DNA of 64,000 nt. Origin: an uncultured Acidimicrobiia bacterium. GTDB lineage: Bacteria > Actinomycetota > Acidimicrobiia > Acidimicrobiales > SZUA-35. The position numbers were made by a program, and so were the translations under genes. The stretch is from assembly GCA_965530755.1 (NCBI GenBank), contig CBESNA010000007.1:45205-109204 (forward strand), in the 5' to 3' direction. The notes beneath the pieces are model-generated. The model made no database searches, had not been told where the DNA came from, and worked only from the letters and a program-made list of their open reading frames with translations. Below, piece by piece: positions 17,972-27,156 of the stretch; within the stretch, counting starts at the first letter, position 1; each line of letters opens with the position of its first letter.

Positions 17972-17999
17972 CGTTCAGGTCGGTTCAGGTCGCGTTCAG
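17972..17999 (+). promoter_or_regulatory. three direct GTTCAGG repeats spaced 10 and 11 bp apart upstream of the PepSY gene
   Basis: GTTCAGG occurs at 17972-17978, 17982-17988 and 17993-17999, which is 56-83 nt upstream of ATG 18055. Confidence 0.4.
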
Positions 18000-18054
18000 G
18001 GGCCCTGACGCACACTGGCCCCATCGATCAGACAACCTTCGAAAGGCATCCAGA

Positions 18055-18561
18055 ATGAACCGAACACGAACCGCCGCCGTCACGATTGCGGCTGCACTCG
18101 GCGTCGGACTCGGCGGATACGGCGTCGCCTCCGCTCAGAGTTCGAGCACGGCTCCCGAACCCGACCCTGCCACTGAACTCGACACCGCGGATGATCTCGA
18201 GGGATCAGAAGGAGCCGACGACGAGGCCATTGATCCCGCTCGAGCAGCCGAAGCGACCGTCACGGTAGAGACCGCTCAGGCCACCGCCGTCCAGGCAGCC
18301 GGTGGCGGCACGGCTTCCGCTGCCGAACTCGAGGACGAGAACGGCACGCTCGTGTTCGAAGTCGACGTCGTCGATGCTTCGGGCTCGTCCGTCGAGGTGA
18401 AGGTGGATGCGGTCACCGGTGAGGCAACGGTCGAGACCGACGACGATGACGAAACCGAATCGGGCGACGCCGAAGAGACAGCCGAAGCGGACGATGACGA
18501 CGTGCAGCACGAGAACGAGCACGAAGGCGCCAACGACCCCGACGAAGGCAACGAGGACTGA
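18055..18561 (+). CDS. secreted PepSY-domain protein with acidic tail
   Basis: Signal peptide (AAALGVGLGGYGVASAQ). PepSY-like core ...AQATAVQAAGGGTASAAELEDENGTLVFEVDVVDASGSSVEVKVDAVTGE. Asp/Glu-rich C-terminus. Confidence 0.75.
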   Translation: MNRTRTAAVTIAAALGVGLGGYGVASAQSSSTAPEPDPATELDTADDLEGSEGADDEAIDPARAAEATVTVETAQATAVQAAGGGTASAAELEDENGTLVFEVDVVDASGSSVEVKVDAVTGEATVETDDDDETESGDAEETAEADDDDVQHENEHEGANDPDEGNED

Positions 18562-18563
18562 GG

Positions 18564-18581
18564 GTTCAGGGTCTCTTCAGG
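18564..18581 (+). promoter_or_regulatory. second pair of [G/C]TTCAGG direct repeats, 11-bp spacing
   Basis: GTTCAGG (18564-18570) and CTTCAGG (18575-18581), directly after the PepSY stop and about 105 nt upstream of the metallophosphoesterase gene. Confidence 0.3.
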
Positions 18582-18686
18582 CAGCGTCGAGCACACTGCT
18601 TCTCATGACGCTGAGACTTCTAGACTTGCTCCGATGACGTCCACCCTCGGCATCGAGAGCGAAACGACAACCGGCGGCCGACGAGG

Positions 18687-19610
18687 ATGAAAATCCTGAT
18701 CCTCGTCGGCTCGGTGATGGCCACAGCCTTGCTGCTGTTGTCTGCCGCCGCGGTCTTCGCAGCCCGCCCGGACCTCGGAGCTCACCTGCGCCAGCTCACG
18801 GGCGACGGCATCGGCGAACCGGACATCACGTCGGCCGTGCCACCCATCCCGTCCTCGGATCCCGCTCCGATCCATATCGCTGTCGCCGGCGACGTCGGAA
18901 CGGGTGGCGACGAAGAGTATCGAACCGCCGCTGCGATCGACGGGCAAGAAGCCACCTCCGAGTACGACGCTCTGGTACTGCTCGGCGACAACGTGTATCC
19001 GAACGGTGACCCAGACGAGATCGAGAGTGCCGTGTTCGAGCCCTTCGCAGGCGTGCTCGACGGGGACACTCAACTGCTACCGGTGCTGGGCAACCACGAC
19101 GTGCGCGACGGGAACGGCGACGACCAGGCCGACGCCATCGGGATGCCGAATCGTTGGTATGCCACTGAAATCGGCGGCCTGCTCCTGGTGAGCCTCGACT
19201 CCACCCAACCCGATGATCCGGCGCAACTGGCATGGCTCGAGTCCACGCTCGAGACGACCGACGCCGTCTGGATCGTTGCTGCCATGCATCATCCCCCCTA
19301 CTCGAGCGGCTACCACGGGTCGAGCGTGGACGTCCGCGACGCCTTCAGCCCCTTGTTCGAACGGTTCGGCGTGCAACTGGTGCTCGCCGGCCACGACCAC
19401 GACTACCAACGCAGCCAACCGATCAACGGAGTCACCTACGTGGTTTCGGGAGGCGCAGCCATGCTCCGTCCTGCCAGTCAGGCCACGTTCACCGAGGTGG
19501 CATGGTCGACATACCATTTCGTCGACCTCGTGGTGTGGCCCGACCGGATGGAGATTCGAGCCGTCAATCAAGCCGGAGAGCTCTTCGACTCGGTGACGCT
19601 GACTCCCTGA
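18687..19610 (+). CDS. metallophosphoesterase (calcineurin-like), exported
   Basis: N-terminal TM/signal sequence. Motifs AVAGDVG, LLGDNVY, GNHD and AMHHPP...GHDHDYQR are typical of calcineurin-like and purple-acid phosphatases. Confidence 0.85.
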   Translation: MKILILVGSVMATALLLLSAAAVFAARPDLGAHLRQLTGDGIGEPDITSAVPPIPSSDPAPIHIAVAGDVGTGGDEEYRTAAAIDGQEATSEYDALVLLGDNVYPNGDPDEIESAVFEPFAGVLDGDTQLLPVLGNHDVRDGNGDDQADAIGMPNRWYATEIGGLLLVSLDSTQPDDPAQLAWLESTLETTDAVWIVAAMHHPPYSSGYHGSSVDVRDAFSPLFERFGVQLVLAGHDHDYQRSQPINGVTYVVSGGAAMLRPASQATFTEVAWSTYHFVDLVVWPDRMEIRAVNQAGELFDSVTLTP

Positions 19611-19618
19611 TCGACCGA

Positions 19619-20962
19619 CTAGCCAGATCGAGCGTCGTGCAGCTCGACTGTGAATCGGGCGCCTCCGAGCGGGCTGACTGCCACGCTCAATGTGCCGGCG
19701 TGCTCCTCGACGATCTCTGCCGCGATGGCCAGGCCGAGTCCCGATCCGCCATCGTCGCGCCCGCGAGCCTCGTCGCTGCGGGTGAACCGCTCGAAAACGG
19801 CTTCGCGCATGTCGTCCGGGACTCCAGGGCCGTCGTCGTCGACGTGGAGGTGAACCGTGCCACGGTCGCCGGCCAGCATGACGCTGACACGGCTCGACGC
19901 ATGGCGCACGGCGTTCTCCAGCAGGTTCTGAACCACCCTGGTCAGATCATCGGGGTGGCCGCGGACCTGACCAGCGCTCACCTGCGAGACCTCGACGACC
20001 ACGCCGTCCCGCGGTGTCTGGCGGCCAACCTGACGCAAGACGATCTCATCGAGATCAACCAGTGCGCCGGCGCCGCGATCGCGTTCGTGGTCGTGGCGCG
20101 CCAGCCACAACAAGTCGTCGATGAGGCGTTGCACCCGAAGGTCCTCCTCGAGGACGCTGGCCGCCACTGCAGGCCAATCGGTCGTGGCTGACTCACGAAG
20201 CGCTACCTCGAGCTCATGACGCATCGTGGCAACCGGGGTGCGCAGCTCATGCGACGCGTCAGAAACGAAACGCCGTTGCCGAATCGACCCCGACTCGATC
20301 CGGTCCAGCATGTCGTTCATGGTTCCGGCCAGCCGACCGATCTCATCGCCGGTGTCCGGCTGCGGCACCCGTCGATGTAGATCGGTCGCTCCGATCTCTG
20401 CCACCTCGGCCCGGATCGACTCGACAGGTCGTAATGCCCGCCCGACCAACACCCACGTCATGCCAGCTGCAAGCACCACCAGGACTGGCATACCGACCGC
20501 GAGCGTGCCGAGGGTCACACGCACCGTTCGTTCCGTGTCCTCAAGCGTGGTGCCCACGATCACGGTCACCGGTCCCGACGGCGTGTTGACCTCCGAAACC
20601 AGGACCCGAAACGGGGCGTCGTCGACGGGATGAGTCTCTGACGTGACGATCTGGCCCGGAGCCGCCTCGCTGATCGGCGTCTCGCCCTCGACGTTCTCGC
20701 TCGCCGCCACGACCTGCCCGTCGGCGACGATCTGAACGAACGAGTCCTCCTCGTCGACGATGGTGACGTCGGTGAGATTCGTTCCGCCTTCCAGCAGCCC
20801 GGCGATGTCGCTCGCCCGAAGCCGCAGCGTCGTGTCGACATTGTCGATCATCGTGCTGCGCAACACCGAGACCAAGCCCGCTCCACCGATCGCAAGAGCG
20901 ACAGCAAAGAGGAGCGTCGCAGCGAAGGTGGTTCGAGCCCGGACCGTCGCGAGACGCTTCAC
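19619..20962 (-). CDS. two-component sensor histidine kinase
   Basis: 447 aa: two TM segments, HAMP, the H-box FVSDASHELRTP, and N/G boxes (LLENAVRHA, GSGLGLAI). Confidence 0.9.
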   Translation of the reverse strand: MKRLATVRARTTFAATLLFAVALAIGGAGLVSVLRSTMIDNVDTTLRLRASDIAGLLEGGTNLTDVTIVDEEDSFVQIVADGQVVAASENVEGETPISEAAPGQIVTSETHPVDDAPFRVLVSEVNTPSGPVTVIVGTTLEDTERTVRVTLGTLAVGMPVLVVLAAGMTWVLVGRALRPVESIRAEVAEIGATDLHRRVPQPDTGDEIGRLAGTMNDMLDRIESGSIRQRRFVSDASHELRTPVATMRHELEVALRESATTDWPAVAASVLEEDLRVQRLIDDLLWLARHDHERDRGAGALVDLDEIVLRQVGRQTPRDGVVVEVSQVSAGQVRGHPDDLTRVVQNLLENAVRHASSRVSVMLAGDRGTVHLHVDDDGPGVPDDMREAVFERFTRSDEARGRDDGGSGLGLAIAAEIVEEHAGTLSVAVSPLGGARFTVELHDARSG

Positions 20963-21636
20963 CCGCCGTCCTTGTTCAGCCGGTAGCCGGCACCACGGGC
21001 AGTTTGGATCGACGCCCGGCCGAACGGTTCATCGATCTTCTTCCGAAGATGGCGGACATAGACCTCGATGATGTTCGGGTCTCCCTCGAAGTCGTAGTCC
21101 CAAACGTGATCCAAGATGTCCTGCTTGGAGACCACCGATCCTGCGTTGCGGGCCAAGTACTCCAGCACCGAGAACTCACGGGCAGTGAGCTCGATCTCCG
21201 TACCGTCTCGCCAACAGCGCCGTTGGTTCGGGTCGACCAGAAGGTCATCGGCCCGCAGCTCGACCGGGCGCTCCTTCGCACCTCGCCGCATCAACGCCCG
21301 AATACGAGCCACCAACACGACGTGCGAGAACGGCTTGCGCAGGAAGTCGTCGGCACCAGTGTCGAGGGCTTCGGCTTCGTCCAGCTCCCCATCCTTCGCC
21401 GTGAGCATCAGAATCGGTGTCCAGTTTCCTTCGTTCCGCAAGGTCTCGCACACCTTGTAGCCATTCATGCCCGGCAGCATGATGTCCAAGACGATGCCGT
21501 CATAGTTGTGTTCGCGAGCTCGCCACAGACCATCCGTGCCGTCGAGAGCAACATCAACTGCGAAACCATCGGCTTCCAGACCGCGCTTGAGTGAGGCCGC
21601 CAACTTCTTCTCGTCTTCGACAACCAGAATGCGCAC
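20959..21636 (-). CDS. OmpR/PhoB-family response regulator
   Basis: 225 aa: receiver domain (ILVVEDE...DIMLPGMNG...LTAKD) plus a winged-helix output domain (LTAREFSVLEYL...GAGYRL). It overlaps the kinase gene by 4 nt. GTG start. Confidence 0.9.
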   Translation of the reverse strand: MRILVVEDEKKLAASLKRGLEADGFAVDVALDGTDGLWRAREHNYDGIVLDIMLPGMNGYKVCETLRNEGNWTPILMLTAKDGELDEAEALDTGADDFLRKPFSHVVLVARIRALMRRGAKERPVELRADDLLVDPNQRRCWRDGTEIELTAREFSVLEYLARNAGSVVSKQDILDHVWDYDFEGDPNIIEVYVRHLRKKIDEPFGRASIQTARGAGYRLNKDGG

Positions 21637-21732
21637 AACAGCTCCCTGAAGCTCGATGATGCACCGAACCTGACACCAGCATCCTGAAGCTCAGCTGAAA
21701 AGATGCCGAACGACACGGCTGCACGCAGCGAC

Positions 21733-22443
21733 TCAGCGAAGCTGAATGATGCTGCTGCGAGTGAAGTCGGGCGACGGGAGAGCGCCAATGGTCTCGAGGA
21801 CGGCTGGGGGAACGGAGATGTCGGCGACGTACAACTCCCCCACCTGTTCGGCGCCGCGGAGGCCGAGCTTGGGGGCAGCCAGCGTCATCGTGGCGTCGGC
21901 AGAGACCACAGCACCGGGCACGGATCCATCGGTCACGTTCAACCCTGAGGGTGTATCCAAGGCCACGACCCGGCGCCCGAGCCCGCCTGCTGCTGCGATC
22001 AGGTCACCGGCCCGCCCGCGCGGTGCGCCTCTCAGGCTGTAGCCGATCAGAGCATCGATGACGACGTCCGATCGACGAGGTTCCCGCTCCATGGGCACCC
22101 CCATGCGGACGAGGCTCTTGTACTGACGTGCCGGGACCGGTGCGAGCGCGCGGACCGGATGTCCGAGCGTCACGCTCACGTCGACTCCACGGTTGGAGAG
22201 ATGGCGGGCCGCGACCAGACCTCCGCCACCATTGCCTCCGGACCCTGCGAGCACTGTCACCGAGTCCGGACTGAACCTGTCCAGGACGAGTTGGGCGAGG
22301 TTGCGACCTGCGTTCTCCATCATCTGAACCAGACCGATTCGAAGGTCTTCCATCATGACCCGGTCGACCTCGACCATCTGGGACTCGGTGAGCCAGCCGA
22401 TGTCATCGAGACCGAAGGTCGGATAGGGCGTCGCGTCAGTCAT
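21733..22443 (-). CDS. NAD(P)H-hydrate epimerase (YjeF N-terminal domain)
   Basis: Has the AGSGGNGGGGLVAARHL motif. Start moved to ATG 22443, which is preceded by GAAGGTGG. Confidence 0.8.
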   Translation of the reverse strand: MTDATPYPTFGLDDIGWLTESQMVEVDRVMMEDLRIGLVQMMENAGRNLAQLVLDRFSPDSVTVLAGSGGNGGGGLVAARHLSNRGVDVSVTLGHPVRALAPVPARQYKSLVRMGVPMEREPRRSDVVIDALIGYSLRGAPRGRAGDLIAAAGGLGRRVVALDTPSGLNVTDGSVPGAVVSADATMTLAAPKLGLRGAEQVGELYVADISVPPAVLETIGALPSPDFTRSSIIQLR

Positions 22444-22496
22444 GGCTGGACCACCTTCGTCGGCTGACGATGAGTCTTCCACACGCTCGTCCGGAC

Positions 22497-23012
22497 TCAG
22501 CCGACAGCGGCGACATAGATCGCGCCTGTGACGAGGCCGAAGACGACATGGGCCATGACGATCCCCATCGGGGTCATCTTTCCGAGGCCCGTCATGGCAA
22601 CACCTGGAGCCGGCATGTCTCCGCTGCGCACCAGCGGATGCATCATGTTCAACATGATCGGCATCATCACCGCCACACTCAGGCCGTGTACCCCGCCGAA
22701 CAGCGCTCCGTAACCGGCAGCGGCTCCATCGGATCCAACATCGACTGCGTGGAGGAGGCCGGCGTGGACGAGGCCGAACGCTGCTCCCATCATCAGGTGC
22801 ATCATCAGGCCAACTCCGTAAACGACGGAATTCGATGCCTTGGGCGCCACCATCGTGCCGAGCGTGCGAAGCAGGTCCATCGAGGTCATGCCGGACGCCA
22901 GACCCATGTAGATCACGGCGAGCATGGCCACCGCCCCGACGAGGCCGGCCCAGATCGCTGTTCCTGCTTCGAAGTTTCCGGCCAGCGATACGGCCAAGAG
23001 TGATGTGTTCAT
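22497..23012 (-). CDS. Met/His-rich integral membrane protein, function unknown
   Basis: Start at ATG 23012, preceded by GGAGAT. About 5 TM helices with clustered Met/His (MMHLMMG, MMPIMLNMMHPLV, MTPMGIVMAH). Confidence 0.6.
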   Translation of the reverse strand: MNTSLLAVSLAGNFEAGTAIWAGLVGAVAMLAVIYMGLASGMTSMDLLRTLGTMVAPKASNSVVYGVGLMMHLMMGAAFGLVHAGLLHAVDVGSDGAAAGYGALFGGVHGLSVAVMMPIMLNMMHPLVRSGDMPAPGVAMTGLGKMTPMGIVMAHVVFGLVTGAIYVAAVG

Positions 23013-23140
23013 GCGTGTATCTCCTGTTGCTCGAGGCGAGCCCAATGCGCGCCTCGAGTCATACAAACGCTTTGGGCAGCACGCGGACTACCGGCATGGC
23101 GTCAATTGCGACATTCATCTCTTCACGTGCATTCGTTGCC

Positions 23141-23167
23141 ACGCATCCCTTGATACGCATCCCTTGA
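23141..23167 (+). repeat. tandem 13/14-bp direct repeat ACGCATCCCTTGA x2 in a divergent promoter region
   Basis: ACGCATCCCTTGA at 23141-23153 and again at 23155-23167. Each copy ends in a TTGA(T/C) -35-like element. The palindrome GTTAATTAAC lies at 23201-23210. Confidence 0.6.
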
Positions 23168-23229
23168 CACGGCAACGATCCGACGATACTTTCGCCCTAG
23201 GTTAATTAACGACATCAGAAAGTACGGAG

Positions 23230-23604
23230 GTGAGACCAGTGACGACCGCTACCGCAACCATCGACGATGCTCGGCTCGACGAGACCTTCGCCGCCCTCGC
23301 AAATTCGACGCGGCGTGCGATCCTGGCTCGATTGGCCGAAGGGGAGGCGAGCGTGAACGATCTCGCCGCGCCTTTCGACCTGACGCTCCCGGCGATCTCC
23401 AGGCACATCAAGGTGCTCGAGCATGCCGGCCTCATCACGCGCGGCAGGCGAGCGCAGTTTCGACCATGCACCATCGCCGCGGCACCACTTGCCGAGGTGG
23501 CTGACTGGGCCGAGCAGTACCGCCACATCTGGGACGACCGATTCGACCGCCTGGACGACTACATCCGAGATCTTCAAGACACCAACGACAAGAAAGAGGC
23601 ATGA
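23230..23604 (+). CDS. ArsR/SmtB-family transcriptional regulator
   Basis: ALANSTRRAILARLAEGEASVNDLAAPFDLTLPAISRHIKVLEHAGLI is a canonical ArsR winged HTH. Confidence 0.85.
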   Translation: MRPVTTATATIDDARLDETFAALANSTRRAILARLAEGEASVNDLAAPFDLTLPAISRHIKVLEHAGLITRGRRAQFRPCTIAAAPLAEVADWAEQYRHIWDDRFDRLDDYIRDLQDTNDKKEA

Positions 23605-23607
23605 CCA

Positions 23608-24093
23608 ATGGCTGACACCAAGGACGTCCAGATCGAGCGCACATTCGACGCCCCCATCGATCTGATCTGGGCGATGTGGACCGAGGCCGAGCACTTCTCC
23701 AACTGGTACGGCCCCATGGGCGCCACGATTCCGAAGGCCGAGATGGACGTCAAGGTCGGCGGCCGCCGCCACATCGGCATGGAGATGGAGACGCCAAACG
23801 GCCAGATGAAGATGTTCTTCGTCGGCGAATACCGCGAGATCGACCCGAAGACGCGACTCGTCTACACCGAGAGCATGGGCGATGCCGATGGCAACCCGAT
23901 GACGGCCGAACAGATGGGCATGCCGGCAGGTATGCCGATGGAGACTTCCGTCGTGGTCGAACTCGAAGATCTCGGCGAGCGCACCAAGATGGTCATGACC
24001 CACATCGGCGTTCCCGCCGACTCACCCGGCGGACAGGGCTGGAACATGGCGATCGACAAGCTGGAAGCGCGAGTCGCAGAACTACACAGCTGA
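23608..24093 (+). CDS. SRPBCC (Aha1-like) domain protein
   Basis: 161 aa. ERTFDAPIDLIWAMWTEAEHFSNWYGP is typical of the Aha1/BPI-like SRPBCC proteins that pair with ArsR regulators. Confidence 0.85.
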   Translation: MADTKDVQIERTFDAPIDLIWAMWTEAEHFSNWYGPMGATIPKAEMDVKVGGRRHIGMEMETPNGQMKMFFVGEYREIDPKTRLVYTESMGDADGNPMTAEQMGMPAGMPMETSVVVELEDLGERTKMVMTHIGVPADSPGGQGWNMAIDKLEARVAELHS

Positions 24094-24384
24094 GTCGTCG
24101 CGTACGATCTCGACCTCGCGCCAGAACGCAATCCGATCCGTCACCAGTCGACGGGCCAGCGGCCACGGCCGCTCATAGGCGAAGGCCGCGTCCATCGCGA
24201 GGTCTGTCTCTCCGGCCACGTGCCAGTAGCGGGCCTTTCCCTTCCAGAAACAGCGGCTCGTCGTCGGGCTCTCCACGAGCACGTCGTCGGCGACGCTGCT
24301 CAGCGGGAAGTACATCATCCCCTCGACCACACGCACGTCTTTGCTGTCGGCGATCACGACACCATCGAATATTGCTCTCGTCAT
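24082..24384 (-). CDS. DUF427-domain protein
   Basis: 100 aa. VVEGMMYFPLSSV...SRCFWKGKARYWHV is the DUF427 signature as I recall it. Confidence 0.75.
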   Translation of the reverse strand: MTRAIFDGVVIADSKDVRVVEGMMYFPLSSVADDVLVESPTTSRCFWKGKARYWHVAGETDLAMDAAFAYERPWPLARRLVTDRIAFWREVEIVRDDSAV

Positions 24385-24524
24385 GCCGAAGTCAACCCGA
24401 CTGGACCCGCCACCCTTCCGCGTCAGTGGATCGGCAACTGCTTCATCCGTCGCAATCCCGGACGGCCCGCGACCTCACATCCGTTTGACATGCCAGGAGA
24501 GCCGGCCAAACGCAAGGAGCCACG

Positions 24525-25355
24525 ATGCTGTACTCGTCACACCCAACTAGAGCGGAACGACGTCCAGGGTTGGCGAAACTCAGCGGTTGCGGGAACGGCG
24601 CACCTTCCACTGGTCGCACCCGGGGTTTGCGGAGAGCGGCGACACAACTCGCGTTGATCGCAGCCGCAGCCCTCGCCTACTTCGGTGTCCGGGGACTCAC
24701 CGAGGGGAGCAAGTCAACCGCGATCGCCAATGCTGATCGCGTCCTCGACGTCGAAGGAGTCTTCGGCATCGACGTCGAAGCTTCCCTCCAAGGCCACATC
24801 CTCGACCATCACTCGATCGTCACCGCCGCCAACTGGGTATACATCTGGGGCCACTGGCCGGTGATCGTCGTGACGCTGATCTGGCTCTACCGACAGCATC
24901 GGGACTCCTACACGCTGCTGAGGAATGCCATGTTCATCTCTGGCGCGATCGGTCTGGCCATCTTCATCTCCTTCCCGGTCGCCCCGCCCCGCCTCATGCC
25001 CACCGGCTTCGTCGACACTGTCACCGAGCTGTCGAACTCCTACCGAGTCCTCCAGCCTCCGTCGCTCATCAACAAGTACGCGGCCGTTCCCAGCCTGCAC
25101 GTCGGCTGGAACCTCCTCGTCGGGATCCTCATCTTCAGAACCACCCGAAGCCGAGTCTTCAAGTTGTTCGCACTGGCCGGTCCGGCGTTCATGGCGTCCG
25201 CCGTCGTCTTGACGGCAAATCACTACATCATCGACGCAGTCGCTGGATCCCTCGTGTCGATGCTCGGACTCACGTCCGCTGTGATCGTGAGGCGAATGCG
25301 CTCGATGAACGATCAGGCGCCCGGGACGTCGACTCGGGTTGCCCGGGCGAGGTAG
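24525..25355 (+). CDS. PAP2-superfamily membrane protein (inositolphosphotransferase/sphingolipid-synthase-like)
   Basis: Multiple TM helices plus YAAVPSLHVGWNLLV and NHYIIDAVAG (PAP2 C2/C3-like motifs). Confidence 0.7.
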   Translation: MLYSSHPTRAERRPGLAKLSGCGNGAPSTGRTRGLRRAATQLALIAAAALAYFGVRGLTEGSKSTAIANADRVLDVEGVFGIDVEASLQGHILDHHSIVTAANWVYIWGHWPVIVVTLIWLYRQHRDSYTLLRNAMFISGAIGLAIFISFPVAPPRLMPTGFVDTVTELSNSYRVLQPPSLINKYAAVPSLHVGWNLLVGILIFRTTRSRVFKLFALAGPAFMASAVVLTANHYIIDAVAGSLVSMLGLTSAVIVRRMRSMNDQAPGTSTRVARAR

Positions 25356-26197
25356 GCGGACGGCGAGGTGCCGAGGTGTTGTCGGAAGTCTCGCGTGAGG
25401 TGCGCCTGATCGGCGTAGCCGAGTTCGGCGGCCACGCCGGCCCACCCTCGCCACTCTTGGTCGAGATCGATGGCCGCACGGGCGGACTCGGCCGCCTCGA
25501 TGATCCGCCAGCGTCGAATCACGAACGATGGGCTGATCCCGACGTGGACATCGAAGAGCCGCTGGAGCGTCCGGACGCTCGTCCCGGCCGCAGCGGCCAG
25601 CTGATCAACTCGGACCACCGTTCGATCGCGTTCTGCGATCGCCGCGACCCGCCCGACCTCCCGTGCTTCTGCCACCAGAGCCGGGCTCCGTTTCGAAACC
25701 AGTACCTCCAGCGCAGCGCGCAACACCGTGGTCCGGGTGACGTTGTCGGCTTCGGCGCACACTGCAGCCACCAACGCAGTTCCATCGAGTCCGGGCACCG
25801 ATTCGGTGAACGTCAACCGGACATCGGCCGCGGTTCGGGCCGGAGCGTCGAGGAACACCCCGAGACCGCCCACCGCGGTACGGGCTGCGACTGTCCACCC
25901 GTCCGCTTCGAGTCGGCGGTGACTCAGCCCGGTCATGACGCCGTAGACCCGACCCTGGGCCGGGTCGAGTCGAGCTCCCTCATCGTCGAGAGTGCCGATG
26001 CTGATGTTCCCGGCCGGAGGGTTGAGGACCTTTTGCTCGTGGACCAGGTCATCGGGCAAGTCCCACGCCACCGACCAGAAGAACTCCACGAGACCATCGA
26101 GGGCATCGCCGGCGGGCGATCGGGCGAAGTCGACATGACGCATCATCGCGACCGGATCGACGATGCCGCGAGTGTCGGCGGGAAGAGGAACCTCCAC
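25313..26197 (-). CDS. AraC-family transcriptional regulator
   Basis: The C-terminal HTH pair ends in GYADQAHLTRDFRQHLGTSPSAYL. It overlaps the convergent PAP2 gene by about 43 nt. Confidence 0.8.
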   Translation of the reverse strand: MEVPLPADTRGIVDPVAMMRHVDFARSPAGDALDGLVEFFWSVAWDLPDDLVHEQKVLNPPAGNISIGTLDDEGARLDPAQGRVYGVMTGLSHRRLEADGWTVAARTAVGGLGVFLDAPARTAADVRLTFTESVPGLDGTALVAAVCAEADNVTRTTVLRAALEVLVSKRSPALVAEAREVGRVAAIAERDRTVVRVDQLAAAAGTSVRTLQRLFDVHVGISPSFVIRRWRIIEAAESARAAIDLDQEWRGWAGVAAELGYADQAHLTRDFRQHLGTSPSAYLARATRVDVPGA

Positions 26198-26271
26198 CGG
26201 GCCGACGGTACCGCCTGAGTCTGTCGTGGATGTTCAAGACACCGTTGGCCCGTCGACCCTAGGTTCGTCCC

Positions 26272-26928
26272 ATGAACGACGAAACCACTGAATTGCCCGT
26301 CTTCCCGACCTCTGCCCCAGCAGTGTTCAGCAACCGGGATGTCCTCGATGGCCTCTTCGCCGACGTACTCACTCGATTGGCGGCGGTCGTCGATGTCGAC
26401 ACCGACCAACTCCACTCCCCCACCCCCTGCGAAGGGTTCACGGTCGGTGAACTCCGCACCCATGTGCTCGGCTGGCTCCAGTTCTTCGCCGCCGCACTGG
26501 CGGACCCGACTGCCAGGACACCTCGACCCGATCCTGACTCCTTCACGCTGGCCGACGGGGAGTATCCCAGTGCCGTGGTGACTCAGACGCTCGCCGACAT
26601 CCGCCAGGCAATCGCCGCCGCCGCCGCCGGGCAGCTGGTCACGATGTCGTCCTCGCGCATGGCCGGAGACGGCGTCTTGGGCATGGCCCTGGGCGAGTAC
26701 ATCATCCACGCGTGGGACCTTGCCACGGCCACCGGACAGCCCTACTCGGCCCCCGCCGCCGCCATCGGTCCAGCTCACGAGTTTCTCAGAGGCATGGTTG
26801 CACCCGAGTACCGGGGACCGGACTCCGGCTTCTTCGATGCCGAGGTCGACGTCCCCGAAAACTCCTCACCGCTCGACAAACTGCTCGGCTTCGCCGGCCG
26901 CAACCCACAGTGGTCCGCGGCGACCTGA
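26272..26928 (+). CDS. DinB/mycothiol-maleylpyruvate-isomerase-N-like (TIGR03086-type) protein
   Basis: 218 aa. LHSPTPCEGFTVGELRTHVLGWLQFF...EYIIHAWDLATATGQ is typical of this actinobacterial family. Confidence 0.7.
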   Translation: MNDETTELPVFPTSAPAVFSNRDVLDGLFADVLTRLAAVVDVDTDQLHSPTPCEGFTVGELRTHVLGWLQFFAAALADPTARTPRPDPDSFTLADGEYPSAVVTQTLADIRQAIAAAAAGQLVTMSSSRMAGDGVLGMALGEYIIHAWDLATATGQPYSAPAAAIGPAHEFLRGMVAPEYRGPDSGFFDAEVDVPENSSPLDKLLGFAGRNPQWSAAT

Positions 26929-27156
26929 GCCGTCACAGCGACACAACAACGGCCAAACCAGACGCACTCGATCACCGCACGACTTGCCGGGATCTTCAGA
27001 TGTACGCTGCCGCGCCATGGACAAGACTCGCAGCGCCGCCAAGAACGTGGCGGACGAATCCAATCCGGTCAGCTTCATGAAGAAGCTTCGTGGACTTCCG
27101 GTCATCAAGCAGATCTTTCGCGTGGTCGACCGCTTCTTGTAGCACCTTCGCGATCC

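Noticed and set aside
17972-17999. CRISPR-like or minisatellite interpretation of the GTTCAGG repeats (and of the 14-bp tandem at 23141-23167)
   Set aside because: The units are 7-14 bp with no unique spacers and only 2-3 copies. They are far too short for CRISPR and are better explained as regulator-binding or promoter repeats.
26720-27142. 140-aa ORF after the DinB-like gene. Its last 41 codons (ATG 27017: MDKTRSAAKNVADESNPVSFMKKLRGLPVIKQIFRVVDRFL) might be a small protein
   Set aside because: The upstream 99 codons overlap the DinB-like gene and are Pro/Arg-rich junk. The 41-codon piece has no clear RBS or motif. It is too weak to list as a feature.
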